The notes beneath the pieces are model-generated. The model made no database searches. It was given only the letters and a program-made list of their open reading frames with translations, and had not been told where the DNA came from. From contig OZ024741.1 in assembly GCA_964016885.1 (NCBI GenBank), positions 88,784,001 to 88,848,000 on the forward strand: DNA of 64,000 bases, read 5' to 3'. This document shows positions 39,001 through 52,245 of the stretch, piece by piece (the first letter of the stretch is position 1; the number at the start of each line of letters is the position of its first letter). Both the position numbers and the translations under genes were made by a program. This DNA comes from Eledone cirrhosa (lineage: Eukaryota).

Positions 39001-39639
39001 AAAATGGCATTCTACATTACATTACATTTTCACAGGAGAACGAACAGTGTGACCATTAATAAGATTTGACAAATTCTGAGATTCGTACCTCGTAACAGGT
39101 TTATTTTATATATCATGTGTAGAATAGATCCAGCTATCAGCTAGGTCTATAGGGAAGATTAAACCATCACTTTACTTTAGAAGGGAGGCAAGGCAAGTCG
39201 TCCTCTGCTAGGTAGCTATGGCAACGGAAGCTGTATAATAGACATGTCTAAAGCTTTGAGCACAGGAATTTTCCTCTCCAGCCAAGCCTTCATCAACATG
39301 AAGATGAAGGTAAGGATATAGAGGGAAGTGCTGCCCTCTAGATGAGTGAGAGTGGTAAGATTGATGAGGATTACTATGCTTTTCCAAGCAGGAGGAAAGA
39401 AACTGGGAAAGGGTACTATTAAGACCCACGAGACAACAAAGTTACCCAGGGTTTTGTTCTTAGTTGACATTTACTATTGTTTTGTATTATCATGATTATT
39501 TATTATGTTATTCCTACTGTTTTCTTTTTCATGATGTCCCCTTTCTTTACTTGATGTAATCCCCACTTTGTTGTTTTTGTCCTTTCATTGCCCCCAATGT
39601 CATGGGCCTTTGCGGCCAATAAAAGAAGTCATTATTATT

Positions 39640-40375
39640 AGTGGGTTGGCAGTATCGGTAGAAGGTCAGACGCCATGCTTTGTAGCATAGAGTTATGGCC
39701 CTTTATGATCTGAGTTCAAATTCCGCCTAGGTTAACTTTGCCTTTCATCCTTACGGGGGTCGATAAAATAAAGTACCAGTTATGCACTGGGATAATTGCT
39801 GGCCTTGTGCCAAAAGTAGAAACAATTATTGCTGTTGTTGTTGTTGTTGTAAAGCTGGTGGATTGGCAGAAACTTTAGAGTATCAGACAAAATGTTTTGC
39901 AGCACTTGGTTATGGCCTTTTAGGTTTTGAGTTCAAATCCTGCTGAAGTCAACTTAGCCCATTATCTTTTCAGAGGTTGATAAAATAAAATACCAGTCAA
40001 GTATTGGGTTAGATTTAATTGACTTTCTCCTTCCCTAAATTACTAGCTTTGTGCCTAAATTATAAATCATCATTATTATTATTATTAAAGGGTGGTGGCT
40101 TGGCAGTATCGGTAGAGGGTCGGACGCCATGCTTTCCAGCATAGTTACGTCCCTTTGCGGTCTGAGTTCAAGTCCCACCGAGGTTAACTTTGCCTTTCAT
40201 CCTTACGGGGTCGATAAAATAAAGTACCAGTAATGCACTGGGTAATTGATGGCCTTGTGCCAAAAGTAGAAACAATTATTATTAACTTTGCCTTTCATCC
40301 TTACGGGGTCGATAAAATAAAGTACCAGTAATGCACTGGGTAATTGCTGGCCTCGTGTCAAAAGTAGAAACAATT
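39640..40375 (+). mobile_element. Head-to-tail cluster of SINE family 2 copies (39640-39828, ~39855-40065, 40092-40280, partial 40283-40375)
   Basis: The core 'gcctttcatccttacggggtcgataaaataaagtacc' or a decayed version recurs four times, separated by (ATT)n/(GTT)n. Confidence 0.88.
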
Positions 40376-41531
40376 ATTATTATTATTACAGTTATTGTAG
40401 CAACAGAAGGTTGTTGTTGATGGTAGTGGTATGCAGTAGTAAATGTGAGAGAATGCTGTAATTCTAGGAGGAATGGGAGTTGAAATGAGTGACAGGTTAT
40501 TGATATGCATGTCAGCAGTAACAGAATAAAAAGAAAAAGATTGAGTTTGCTGACACAAGCTTTCTTCAAATACAGAAACACAATTTTGTTCAAACAAGAC
40601 AAGAAACATTTCACTTTCAGATCCAGACTACCCAGAATCATATCAAACCATCTGAAACCACCTTGATTTTATGATTAAAAAAACTGCTTATTTGGAAATG
40701 TTTATACTAATATAAATCCTTTTTGTTAAGTAATGTTCTAAATAACATCAGCTCAATTATTTTAATATATAGTTGATCCCTGCTTGTGTAGTTCTAAATC
40801 TCATTTTGTGAAGTAAGTTTACACTCTGTGTTGACTACTACATGTGTTCACATAGGAAATGAGAGTTAAAGGACTTACAACACTCATAAAACATTAAAAA
40901 TAGCCATTACCAAAGCATCTCGAATTTAGAGAATATCAAACACTGGGTCACAGTACTTGCCCCAATTAACTACATACACTTTTCTCCTACAATGATACGT
41001 ACAGTTCTAAAATGTCCTTAAAATAAACCATGTCCATCATAATTTTGGTTAATTAATGTTCTAAATATCAGCTTACCAATGAGAGAGTTATCTTATTCAA
41101 TTCCTCCAAATATTTCATTATTTTCAAAATTAATTGAACCACCTAGGCAGTATATTTAATTAGAAATACAGTAATGAAAGTGTTAATAAAACAAATAAAT
41201 TCATAAACTCTAGGATTCAAAGGGTTTAGTGCTAAGTTGAGTCATCAGAAACTGTGGTCCTATTCAACCTATTACATTCTCTACTCTCTTTCCACACTAA
41301 AAACCAATCTGTAACTTTCTCCCAATACTACCACCACCATTACCTGTTTTTCCATTTCAAGTATAGAACTTTTTAAAAATATGGCTACACTCTCTAATGC
41401 ATCCTTCCTTTTATTCAAAAGGTAGGGTGTACTTTGAGGGAGATTTGGTTGTTATTTCTATACAGGTTGTTATTTCTATACAGGATCCCTCTATGTAAAT
41501 TGTTTTGAAATCTAAAGCAGATTTACCTTAC

Positions 41532-41566
41532 TTGTCACTGAACCACTGCAGATTATTGGTTCACTT
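41532..41566 (-). other. Candidate 35-nt host micro-exon
   Basis: Minus strand: ttatttcctctgtattAG|aagtgaacc...agtgacaa|GTAAGGtaaat. Confidence 0.35.
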
Positions 41567-41598
41567 CTAATACAGAGGAAATAAATAAAGGTTTAAGA

Positions 41599-41887
41599 CA
41601 GTCATGGGCAACCTGCGGCCCGCAAAGCTTTCTGAATGGCTCGCCTAAGTCACCTAAGTGAAATCTTTCTGATTTTTTTACCCCAACTTTTCAATTGTAA
41701 TTTATCTTTCTATCATTTTTATGATCAAGAAAAACGTGTACGAATTCTGAAGAAACAAATCAAAACAACCTGAGTTACCACCCTTTTTTAAAAATGTGGG
41801 CACAAATGAAAATTAGCACTTGCGGCTCGCCTGATGAATAGCCATATCTCATGTGGCCCGCTTCTCGAAAAAGGTTGCCCATGCCTG
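41599..41887. mobile_element. hAT MITE, 289 bp
   Basis: TIRs cagtcatgggcaacct / aggttgcccatgcctg; 8-bp TSD gtttaaga / gcttaaga. Confidence 0.9.
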
Positions 41888-43565
41888 GCTTAAGAGAATA
41901 TTAATATAGCAGCATAGTGATAGCTATTATATAGCTCAAGATACATGGAGAGAATAAGTCTAATACAAAGTTGTTAGGACTTCTTACAGGTCAGTTTGGT
42001 TTGAGAAAAATGACATGCTCTTCAGCCCTCAGTTAAATGTTTTAGTTTTAAATTTCATCAATTTTACATCCTAATGTTTGGGATAGAGGATAGATACAAA
42101 ATAGTATGCAAAAAAAAAAAAAAAAAAAAATACTCTGTGAACCCACGGGGAGGCTAAAACAGGCTTTGTATTAAGGCTAAGCTTTAGAAAAATTATGCAT
42201 GCGTGTATGTATAGACCTGTATCTCCTGCTGGAGTCATCAGGGTGCCATAGTGACATACATCATTTCTTGAGCGTTTTAAACTTGGCAAAGCCCATCCCT
42301 CTCCAGATCTGAACACAGCTGATTTCTTACAAAGAAGGAAATAGAAAAACAGGGAAACAGAGGAAGTGAAAAAGAGATATAGAAGAAGAATCGACCCAAG
42401 TACTAGACTACTACTTTAATTATCAACCTCGAAAGGATGAAATGCAAAGTTAACCTCAGCAGGATTTGAACTCAAAGAACAGAGAGAGAGCTAGAAGAAA
42501 TACTGCAGAGCATTCTGTCCAATGTTCTAATGACCCTGCCAACTCATCGCCATAGAAAAATTACCTGAAAGTATGAATTAGGCCAAATAGAAGTAAAATA
42601 GGTCAAGACTGATCATCAGATCTTGTAGGTTAAGAGAGGCTTGATCAATAACCTAAACAAAACCACAGTAGATCATATAGGTCAATTGAGATAAGATCAA
42701 TAAGTTGAAGGAAAACAAGTAGAAAAATATATAGGTCAAGTGGCTGCAGGACCAAATCAAAGTCTAACTGCAAATGAAGTTTACAGCAATCAATGCTCTC
42801 ACCCCTTGAGAGAGAGGGAGAGGGAGGGGTTACTCAACACTAAGTCACCTGCAGCAATGGAGACTTCTGGCATTCGTGGTCCCTGAATTACCTCCCTACT
42901 CATTGCTATCTGGGCAAAGTTGGCCACCCGCAGATTGAGCCCTGTGAGTCAGAATAGCTATTCCAATGCATCTCCCTTACTAGCCTCCAATTAACTCTTT
43001 CTCCATTGTGTCCACTGGGACTGCAAGGCAACTTACCCCTGGAGTTCTGCACACCAGAGAACATCCTCCCACACTGTCTGGGCTTTTATCATTGGAATAG
43101 CAATAGTTTCTACAACATCTGTCAACATGCACAAACACCAAATCAACAGTAGAATAATAATGGGGTGTCATGGAACATACTATAACCAGAACTATTAATT
43201 GAACACTAGTAATGTCCTGTACCACATGAATCGAAATTTGCAAGACATTTTTGATAAGTACAAAACATCACTAAGACTGGATTCATTAAAAATTAACATT
43301 TTTACTTTAGTTTACTGCAAATTTTCACAATGATACTATAAACAATTGGATTAACAAACCTGATTTTAGATATTTCCTGCGAAAACCCTTGCAGGAGGTT
43401 AAGAGTTAATACTGTAAATTTTCACAATAATCTGTTCGTTAGTAAAGATATTATAAACATTTGAATTAACAAACCTGTCTTTAGATATTTTCTGCTAAAT
43501 CCTTAGAGGAGGTTGAGAATTAATATAAGAATACTAACCACAAGAACCAATAGAACAACAATAAT

Positions 43566-43678
43566 TGTTTCTACTATTGGCACAAGGCCAGCAATTACCC
43601 AGTACATTACTGGTACTTTATTTTATCGACCCCATAAGAATGAAAGGCAAAGTTAACCTTGGCGGGATTTGAACTCAG
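43566..43678 (-). mobile_element. 5'-truncated SINE family 2 copy with 23-bp TSD
   Basis: agaaccaatagaacaacaataat at 43543-43565 and 43679-43701. Confidence 0.9.
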
Positions 43679-45939
43679 AGAACCAATAGAACAACAATAA
43701 TATTCTATATAACATTAGTGCTTTTATCTATTTTCATATCTTCCTCACTTTCTTTTTTTATCAAACACCACTGCCTGATTCTTGGCTTAGCAATAAAGAC
43801 ATCCTGCTAAATAAACCAGGAAATATCTGAAAGGTATCCTTACACACAAAAACACATACACTCCTCCTCAAAATTTATAGAAAGATATCTTTAGAAATTG
43901 CCTATCAGAAAATAAATAAAAAGAAGACAAGAATGTCTTTCTTCAAAAGTTACATCTAAAAACGTCATCTCTAACCTTTCCTGCTTCTTTATACATACAC
44001 ACAAATTCTTTAACACATCTGTATAGAAGAAAATTCATGTGGCCAAATGGATCTGTGTGTGTGTGTAAATGCAAGTGCTGATGATTACATAATAGCAGTG
44101 TGAGAAATTCCAAGCTCAATAAATCTGGTAATTCTCTGAGGAGAGAAAAATGACCTTTAAAACAAATGACATGTCAGGCCAGACTATATATATAAAAGAG
44201 AAAGAGAGTCTGAAGATCTAATAACATTAATACTTTAAATATACTATCCTATGGAACTGGAACAAGGAAGTACCATTCTCAGACTAGGCAAATTAGATCA
44301 GATAATGTCAAAAAACTGATCAGAATCATAGCATCTGGTAAACAGCAAAAGTAGTAGACCTAGACCCAACTATCATGTTAACAACCCATGCTGCCTACAC
44401 AGTCAGGCTACTCACACATTAACATACCTAGTAATTAGTTTGGAAATGTCTAAATATGTGAAAATATTGGAATTATGTTTTAGTAACAATTTGAAACTTG
44501 TTATGAATAAATCTCTCTCTCACACACATACTTCTCTCCTTTGGCTAGGATACCAGTCCATCTTTAACCCCTTAGCATTTAAACCAGCTGTATCTTGCCA
44601 GAATTCTCTCTCGTCTTTCTGTTCAAACTGGCTGCTCATACCAACGTTAATGTATTGTTCTCGAAATAAATAATATCAAAATCTTGTAGATTCGATATTA
44701 TGTAAGATAATTATGTGAAATAAAGCCTTTACCGTAAAAATACAATAGTAAATATAGAGCAAAATGAATGCTAAAACCAGAAGATAGCAACACAGCTGAC
44801 AACTCTCTCCTCCCCATTCTATGATACTAAACTATTTATTTTACAGTGTTTGTATTTATCTAAAAACCTATGATAATTTTATGCAGGAACCTTTGTTTAA
44901 GGATTGACTTTCATTAAAAATATGCTAACAAAAGGGTTAACAATATGTACCAAGAGAATCTGATAGCATGCTCCAAACTTATTCAACAAATTTCAATTAA
45001 ATTCTAAAATATTTGCAATAAAAATAAATAATGAAAGTAAGAGGAAGGAGCAGATTCTACACCCCAGCCTAGTCTGTATATCTCCATTATGCCCCACGGA
45101 CAAGATGCCAAAAGCATTGCCGGTGAGAACAGCCACAATTAATAATAACTTTGTGAACCAGGATAATATTTCAAAATACAGGGAAATTCACTCACACTCT
45201 ATGAAAAACTAGTACTTACACTTATATTGGCTAACCTATTTTAACTTAAAAGCAGCCAGCCTAAATTATTTACCTAGCTCTAATTAATTATCCCACAAAT
45301 CTCACAATAATCATCAAACTATATCCAGCAAGCCTTGTTGATCCAGCATCCATGCTTATTCAGATGTATGGTTTAAAATACATAACAAATTATGTAACTA
45401 TCTAACCTTCCATTCATCTTCACTCAGCTGCTGTTTCAACTGTCTTCACTAGATTAGTTGATGGGTAGAGTCATTAGAGCATAGGACAAAATACACTGAA
45501 GTATTTGTTCTGGCTCCATACAGTTGGAGTTCAAATCCCACTGTGGTCAAATTTGCCTGTCATCCTTTCGGGAGGTTGATAAAATAGAAAAAACAGTCCC
45601 GGGCAGAAAATTGGCAAAATTGTTAGAGCATTGGACAAGAGATGCCTTGTAGTATTTGTTTCAGAATTTTTCGTTCTGAGTTCAATACTGCCACATGGCC
45701 CTTGGATGCCTTTAATAGAATCAACTCTGATGCAAACTTGAGACCAGCTATCCAATTTGAGGACACTTACCTTCTTCCTTCCTTCCCTCCCATCAATCTT
45801 GAGGGTCATAATCACTGCCCTTTCACCCCCAACAAAACATTACAAAAAAAAAGAAGAAAGTTACACAACATATAGTGGGTTCAGGTTGATAAAGTCGTCA
45901 ACAGTAAGGGTACTCAAGAAATAAACCCCATCAAATGTT

Positions 45940-46480
45940 CACTAGAAGTAGTAGAATGCTTTTGCTATCTAGGTATCCTTATTAGTAGTGGTGGTGGATG
46001 TACCGAAAGAGTTAGAGTAATAGTGAAAACATGATGAAAGAAGTTGAGGGAGCTGTTACCTCTGCTGGCAATAAAGGGCCTCTCCCTCCAAGTTAAGAGC
46101 AAATTATATGGTGCTTGTGTGTGAATCGCTATGCTACATTGGCAGTGAAACATGGGTTTAGAGTGTGGAAGACTTGCAGTGACTTAAAAGGAATGAGGCA
46201 TACATGCTCCCTGGATGTTTAATGTTAGTATATTTGAATGACAAAGCACCAGTGAACTGTATAAAAAGGTGAGTATAACAAGAATTGAATGTAGTATACA
46301 AGAGAGATGATTGTGCTGGTATGATCATATGATGCACAAGGGAAGTAAGAACTGTATAAAGAAGTGATGAGTGCTGAGAGGAAGACATGGGACAAAGTTA
46401 GGAAGAATGACTTCAAGAAACTGAACCTCGTGAAGGAGATCATGCAGGATCAAATTGACTGGTGATATGTTATACTACAA
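45940..46480 (+). mobile_element. Old degenerate RTE LINE 3' fragment
   Basis: LEVVECFCYLG...RELLPLLAIKGLSLQVKSKLYGACV, homologous to the C-termini of families A-C. Confidence 0.82.
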
Positions 46481-47565
46481 CCTCTGTGACACTAAAATTG
46501 GAGAAGGCTCTTACACATTAAAAAAACATTCATGCAGTGATAGAATGTACCCATTATTCTGTAACATTAATCTGCAGAAGATTTCCTGTCTAGCAAACAT
46601 GCAGACATTACTTTCTTTAAAGCATTTAGATTTCAAACCAAGACAGCAATCTCAACAGTGTATTTCATTTAAAATATGGACATGAAAGGGATAAACATTA
46701 GATAAAATAGAAAACTATGAACACTTGTTGACACTTAACTCTTAACAACCTGTAACGATTTAGTAGAAAATAGTTAAAAACAGGTTTGTTAATTCAAATA
46801 TTTACAGTATCTTTACTAGTGGACAGATCATTGTTAAATTTTTTAGTATTAGAGTAAAAACTTCAATTTTTAAGGTGATGCAGTTTTCTACTTTTCAAGA
46901 ATATTTTGTTAATGCAGTTTCATGCAGTACAAGGACATTAAGAGCAAAAATACATTTCTACACACACACACATGGGAGTTGACACACACATGGCTGAGTG
47001 GTTAATAAGTTCATTTTGCAATAAGTCACACTCTGACCACACATACCTAACCAAAGGACTGGTCAACAAAATTATCAGGAGCATGTACTGATATAAGTAA
47101 ATTATGTCCTGTAACATAGCAAAAAGAGATTGATAAGATAAAGTGGAAAACAGAATTAAGTGCTGAGGTTGATGTGATGAACTAAAAATCTTCGAAGGAG
47201 GTGTTGTAGCATGAATGTAGTCCAATAACTAAAAGCAATAAAATAATATATACATAAAGTGGGCATTTAAAACCTGACAGAGCAGATTCCGCTCCAGGTT
47301 GGAGCTCAGATTATATCTGAGAGAGAGGTGGGAGGAGATGAATCCAACCCAGTACTGGACTGGTGCTGTATTTATTGGTCTCAAAAGGATGAAATGCAAA
47401 GTTATCTGCCTTGGGATTTGAACTCTGATTGCAGTGAGCTAGAAAACCAAGGCCTGATATCCTAACCGCTGTTAATTCCATTGCTTATATATATATATAT
47501 CATCATCATCATCACCGTTTTACATCCGTTCTTCCACGCTAGCATGGGTTAATATTATATATATT

Positions 47566-48785
47566 GGACGGATAGGTGTCCTCATCTTGTTTTGTTGTTA
47601 ACACAACATTTCGGCTGATGTACTCTCCAGCCTTCATCAGGTGTCCCAATGATGTTATTATTAACGTTTGTTCAGGTCATTGCCTTAGAATTGTACTCGG
47701 AATCTTGAGGTTAGTAGCCCGCTTTTTAACCACTTTTTTTTTTTTTTTTTCTTACCCGTGATTCTTTTTTTTCTCGTGAATTTTTAGGGCTTATAAACTG
47801 ATATTTTTCTATCCTTCCTCAATACCGGTTCCCATATACTACTCATATCTGCACTAGGTCTGCTTAGGAGGTTATTGTGTCCTAGCATATGTGCTGCCCC
47901 TTTTAGTTTTTGTGTTTTCCAGTGGGGTTCTCTGTCTATTATCCCACAGGGGAAGGTGGTCTCCGTTTTTCCATAGATGTTCAGCTATACCCGATTTATC
48001 AATCTCTCCTTGTGTCACAGCTTTACGATGTTCTTCTACCCTTATTTTGAGGTGGTGGCCTGTTTCACCTTTGTATAACCTACCACAACTGCATGGGATG
48101 GAGTACACAGTTTTTGGTCATATTCTCTTCTATTGGTGGTTCTACTTGAAGGAGATATTTGCGAAGTGTTGTATTACTCTTGAATACTGTCCTGATGTCA
48201 TATGGACCGCATATCTTTTGTATCTTTTCCTAGAGATTTTTTACATAGGGTAGACAAACTGTGGTCAATTCCTCTCTCCCCTTCCTAATTGGAGTGGATA
48301 GTGTTGCTTAACAAATTGTTACTTAGCTTGATCATTTCTTTGTGGTGTGTATCAGGATCGCTACTTATATTCTTTGCTCGATGTTTTAGGCACTGAACCA
48401 TCCCTCTCTTTACACTGTATGGATGGTGGGAATTGTAGTTAAGGTATCGTCCAGTGAAGGTTGGCTTGCGGTATACGGATGTCTTGAACCCATACTCAGT
48501 GTGTGTTATTAATACATCCAGGAATGCTAGCTGATTGTCTTTTTCTTTTTTTTTTCCCATTGTGAACTGTATGGATGGCTTTATTGAATTCACATGATCT
48601 AGCAGTACTTGGACCTCTTCCTGGTGGGGCCAGAGTATGAAGGTGTCAGGAGTACAGACAACTGACCCAACACTACAGTAAGCTACCACACATGTATGGT
48701 CTCCCTAAGATTCACAAGGATGGTATTCCATTAAGACTCATAGTGAGCGGCAGAAATAATTCCTCGTCTCAAAAATATAGAACAG
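47566..48785 (-). mobile_element. Penelope-like element fragment: RT C-terminus, GIY-YIG endonuclease, 3' pLTR region, inverted 5' piece
   Basis: DTFILW...IQFT...FLDV...VYRKPT...SHHP (48285..48689); YSIPCSCGRLYKGETG...EH (47872..48108); MYGLPKIHKDGIPLRLIVS on the + strand at ~48649-48760. Confidence 0.92.
47599..47645 (-). ncRNA. Type-I hammerhead ribozyme motif in the Penelope 3' region
   Basis: gacac-CTGATGA-A-GGCTG-gagagtacat-CAGCC-GAA-AtGT-T-gtgtt; stems I and II pair; stem III ACGT carries a CpG-type decay. Confidence 0.72.
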
Positions 48786-48803
48786 TAATATATATATATA
48801 TAT

Positions 48804-49145
48804 ATCATCATCATCATCATCATTTTACGTCCGCTTTTCCCTGCTTGCAAGGGTGGGACGGGAACTGATTCTGGCTTGATTTCTACAGCTGGATGCCCTT
48901 CCTAACGCCAACCTCATTTACAGTGAGTGCTGGGTGCTTTTTTGCCGTGGCACCTCCACGACCACTTTGCAGTGGAATGATAGGGAACCTAGTCCCTATC
49001 ATCTCATTTCTACAGCTGAGTAAACTGGAGCAATGTGAAATAAAGTGTCTTGCTCAAGGAAACAACACATCACCCGGTCTGAGAATTGAACTCACAACCT
49101 TTCGATTGCAAGGCCAATGCTCTAACTACTAAGCCATGTGCCTCC

Positions 49146-49146
<1 letters not shown>
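48804..49146 (-). mobile_element. SINE family 1, B-tail variant, full length
   Basis: Tail is an exact reverse complement of LINE B 33485-33540; tRNA-like head at ~49075-49146. Confidence 0.93.
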
Positions 49147-49177
<31 letters not shown>

Positions 49178-49301
49178 TGTATGTGTTTATATATCTTCAC
49201 AACAGAAAACAAAGCTGTCACATTTCATAATTTTTATGACTTCTTGTTTCCTCTCTTCTATCTAAACAGAATTTTAATAAATGGAGGTCAGACCAAGTGT
49301 G

Positions 49302-49332
<31 letters not shown>

Positions 49333-49905
49333 TGAGAGAGAAATACATATATACATACATATATATATATCTACACACACATACATATATACACACATAC
49401 GTGTGTCTTCTGAATAGGAGCATTCTAAAGCTGGTAAAGATGGAGGGAGAGGGGGTTCTTAAAGTTCTCAAAGAAGTGTGGTGTGAGTGAGTGGAAAGAG
49501 AAATGAAAACAATAATTCTTAAATATGTTCGCCAAACACAGCAGAACGCATAATATGTTTACGCAAGTGTATGTGTCTATTTGTGTGAGAGTGTGTGTGT
49601 AAGTGCACACACACACACATATGCACACAAAGACACAGTCATACATGGACAATGATGATGATGAATAAATATATCAAAATGGCTTTAGATCTCAGCCATC
49701 TGCTGCAGTGAAGGAAAGTGTCACCAAAGATTGCAGGTATTGTTACAAAATAAATAAATCTTGATTTGATGTAACGTGGGAGAGGGAAGGAGTGAGAGAC
49801 CAAGAAGAAAAAGAAGACAGACTACCAGACAGACAAAATATAAAGAATATTAAAAGAAAAAATATTCATGATATTATTATTAATAAAGCAACTATTATTA
49901 CATTG

Positions 49906-50400
49906 TGAAGGCAAATGGCTTAGTGGTTAGGGTGCTCTGCTCAGGATCATAAGGTCTTGAGTTTGATTCCTGGCAGTACATTGTGTCCTTGAACAAGACA
50001 TTTTATTTCATGTTGCTCCAGAGCAGTCAGCTGGAGAAATATTAGTTGTATCTATAATTCAAAGGGCCAACAGGAATGGACTTCTATCGGTTTCGATGAT
50101 GTATGTATGTTCAAGTTGTTTGATCAATGGAACAGCCTGCTCATGAAATTAACATATAAATGGGTGAGTATTCCACAGACACGTGTACCTTTAAAGTAAT
50201 TCTCAGGAAAATTCAGCATGACAAAGTGTGTGACAAGGTTGGTGCTTTGAATTACAGGTACAGTCCACCTAACAGGTTTCTAAACAATTTCCCCTCCGTC
50301 TAAGTAATTTCACCTAAGGGACACTTGCCCAAGATGCCACCCAGTGGGATCCAACCTGAAACCTAATGATTAGATAGTGAACTTCTTAACCATGTGGCCA
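49906..50400. mobile_element. Cluster of old SINE fragments in opposite orientations
   Basis: tRNA-like head plus 'gtccttgaacaagaca' (+, 49906-50070); body on the minus strand homologous to 11200-11350 and 63250-63410. Confidence 0.65.
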
Positions 50401-51941
50401 TAGTGTGTTCACTTGTGGTGGTGATCAAGACAAAGACCAAGGAAGCTTGAAAAGGGGACAAAAAAAATGAAAGCATAACAAAAACATGAAGCAGAACAAT
50501 AGGATGTTCTTTCCTGTTAAAAGAAGGGCCAATCCTTATAGGAAGCCCTGGAGGAGGTGGATAGTACTGACAAAGGACACATAAAACCCTTGGAAAAATA
50601 TGTTTGTTCAACATGAGAGAGAAACAGACAATGAAAACAATAAGACCTAGGTTTTGTACAACGATGTCAATGGTAGTAGCAGTGATGGTGGTAGTAATAG
50701 TAGTATTGGTAGTATCAGTAGTATTTATATAGAATTACTAGTTCACCCTCTCTGATCTCTCTTACCATCACAATTTCCACCACACAAAACTTTACCCCAC
50801 CCCCACTAAACTAACTGCTTTCTAACACCTGCTACAGGTACATACATACAGTATACTATAGCAACCCACCTACCCACTCAACCTACACTACCTGCTCCAT
50901 GATATGACAGAGTAAGGGAGGTAGCGGTGGTGTTGCCATTTGAGAGATGGAAAATTATACAACAGTCCAAGTGGATGGGTGGGGAAGACGAGGGGGAGAG
51001 AAAGCAGTGGGAGGAGGGGGGGGGGGGGGAGAAAGGGCAGTGATATAGAGGATAAATGGAGTGTGGTGAGGAGGAGGGTGGAAAGAAAGAACAATGTTAT
51101 GGGCAGAGAATAGGTGGGGGTGGGTTGGCAATGGGCGGAGGGTGTGTGGAGGGAAAGAGCAATGTTATGGGCAGAGAATATGTAGGGTGGGATGGGTGGG
51201 AACAGTTATCTATGAAAAGAAACTCTCTATCAGCTGTTCCAATCTTATGTGCATTGGAATAATTGCCATTTCTTAAAAGAGATTAATAATATGAAACCAA
51301 ATCAATAGAAAAGAATAGTAGGTGAGGGGAAGTGACCACTGAAGGTGGAAGGGATAGGGGAAAGAGAAGACAAGGGTTTATTTTCACTCTGGTACTTTTC
51401 AACTCTGTCTTCTGTATACCATCTGGGACTTTTCCCAAGCCTGGCCTCTTCTTCTTCTCCCCTCCCTCCAAGAGAACTATAATATCATTAAACAGCCAAC
51501 CATACCATCAGAGAAAACAACTGTTGACACTCAGTGTCTCTCACTTCTTACTACTGTTGTTAACACACAAACAATACATATTTTTTGTTGTTGTTGTTAA
51601 ATAACATTTAACACTTGAGAAAAAGGCTTAATAAAATAGTGTGCACATTTGTGGTGATGGTGGTGGTTTAGTGTGGAGTTGGATTGGACAAGCAAAATGA
51701 AATATTATTTAAACAAATTTACTGACTTTACTATTAAATGTAACAAAAGCTATTCAGCTTAAGTAATTTTAGTTTAGTTAATATCAACTTATGCTCAGAA
51801 GGCAACTGATTTGGCAGAGTGGTTAAAGTGTTGGATAGAATGCATTACAACATTTGTTCTTGCAGACGGAGTTCAAATCTTGCCAAAGTCTTTGTTTTCC
51901 ATCCTTTCAGGGTTAATAAAGTACCAGCCAAGTACTTGCAC

Positions 51942-51943
<2 letters not shown>

Positions 51944-51984
<41 letters not shown>
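51944..51984. repeat. (CT)n microsatellite
   Basis: Directly visible. Confidence 0.9.
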
Positions 51985-51987
<3 letters not shown>

Positions 51988-52245
51988 CTAACAGTCACAT
52001 ACTGGATATGACAGCTAAGTTAATTGTAAGAGAGTAAAAACATTGTCTCTGCCTGCTCACAACTATAAGGGCATCTAAAACACTTAGTGAAAGCATGGTA
52101 CATGCTGATACCAAGTCATACTCAATTGTAGGTCACGTCCTTATACACACACTCTTCTATACCTCTATTGTAATTCTCTTTAAGAAATTTGTCTGGGAGG
52201 AAAAAGGGTGTAATTTCAGGTCCCGTTGTTTTCTACATTAAGATA

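Noticed and set aside
39212-39430. RFX X-box (gtagctatggcaac), ETS site and ATG...AAG|GTAAGG suggesting a plus-strand first exon
   Set aside because: The same bases read IIDMSKA...HRN..L...QAF...VRVV, better explained as a very decayed LINE RT fragment (LDxSKAFD motif); exaptation cannot be excluded without RNA data.
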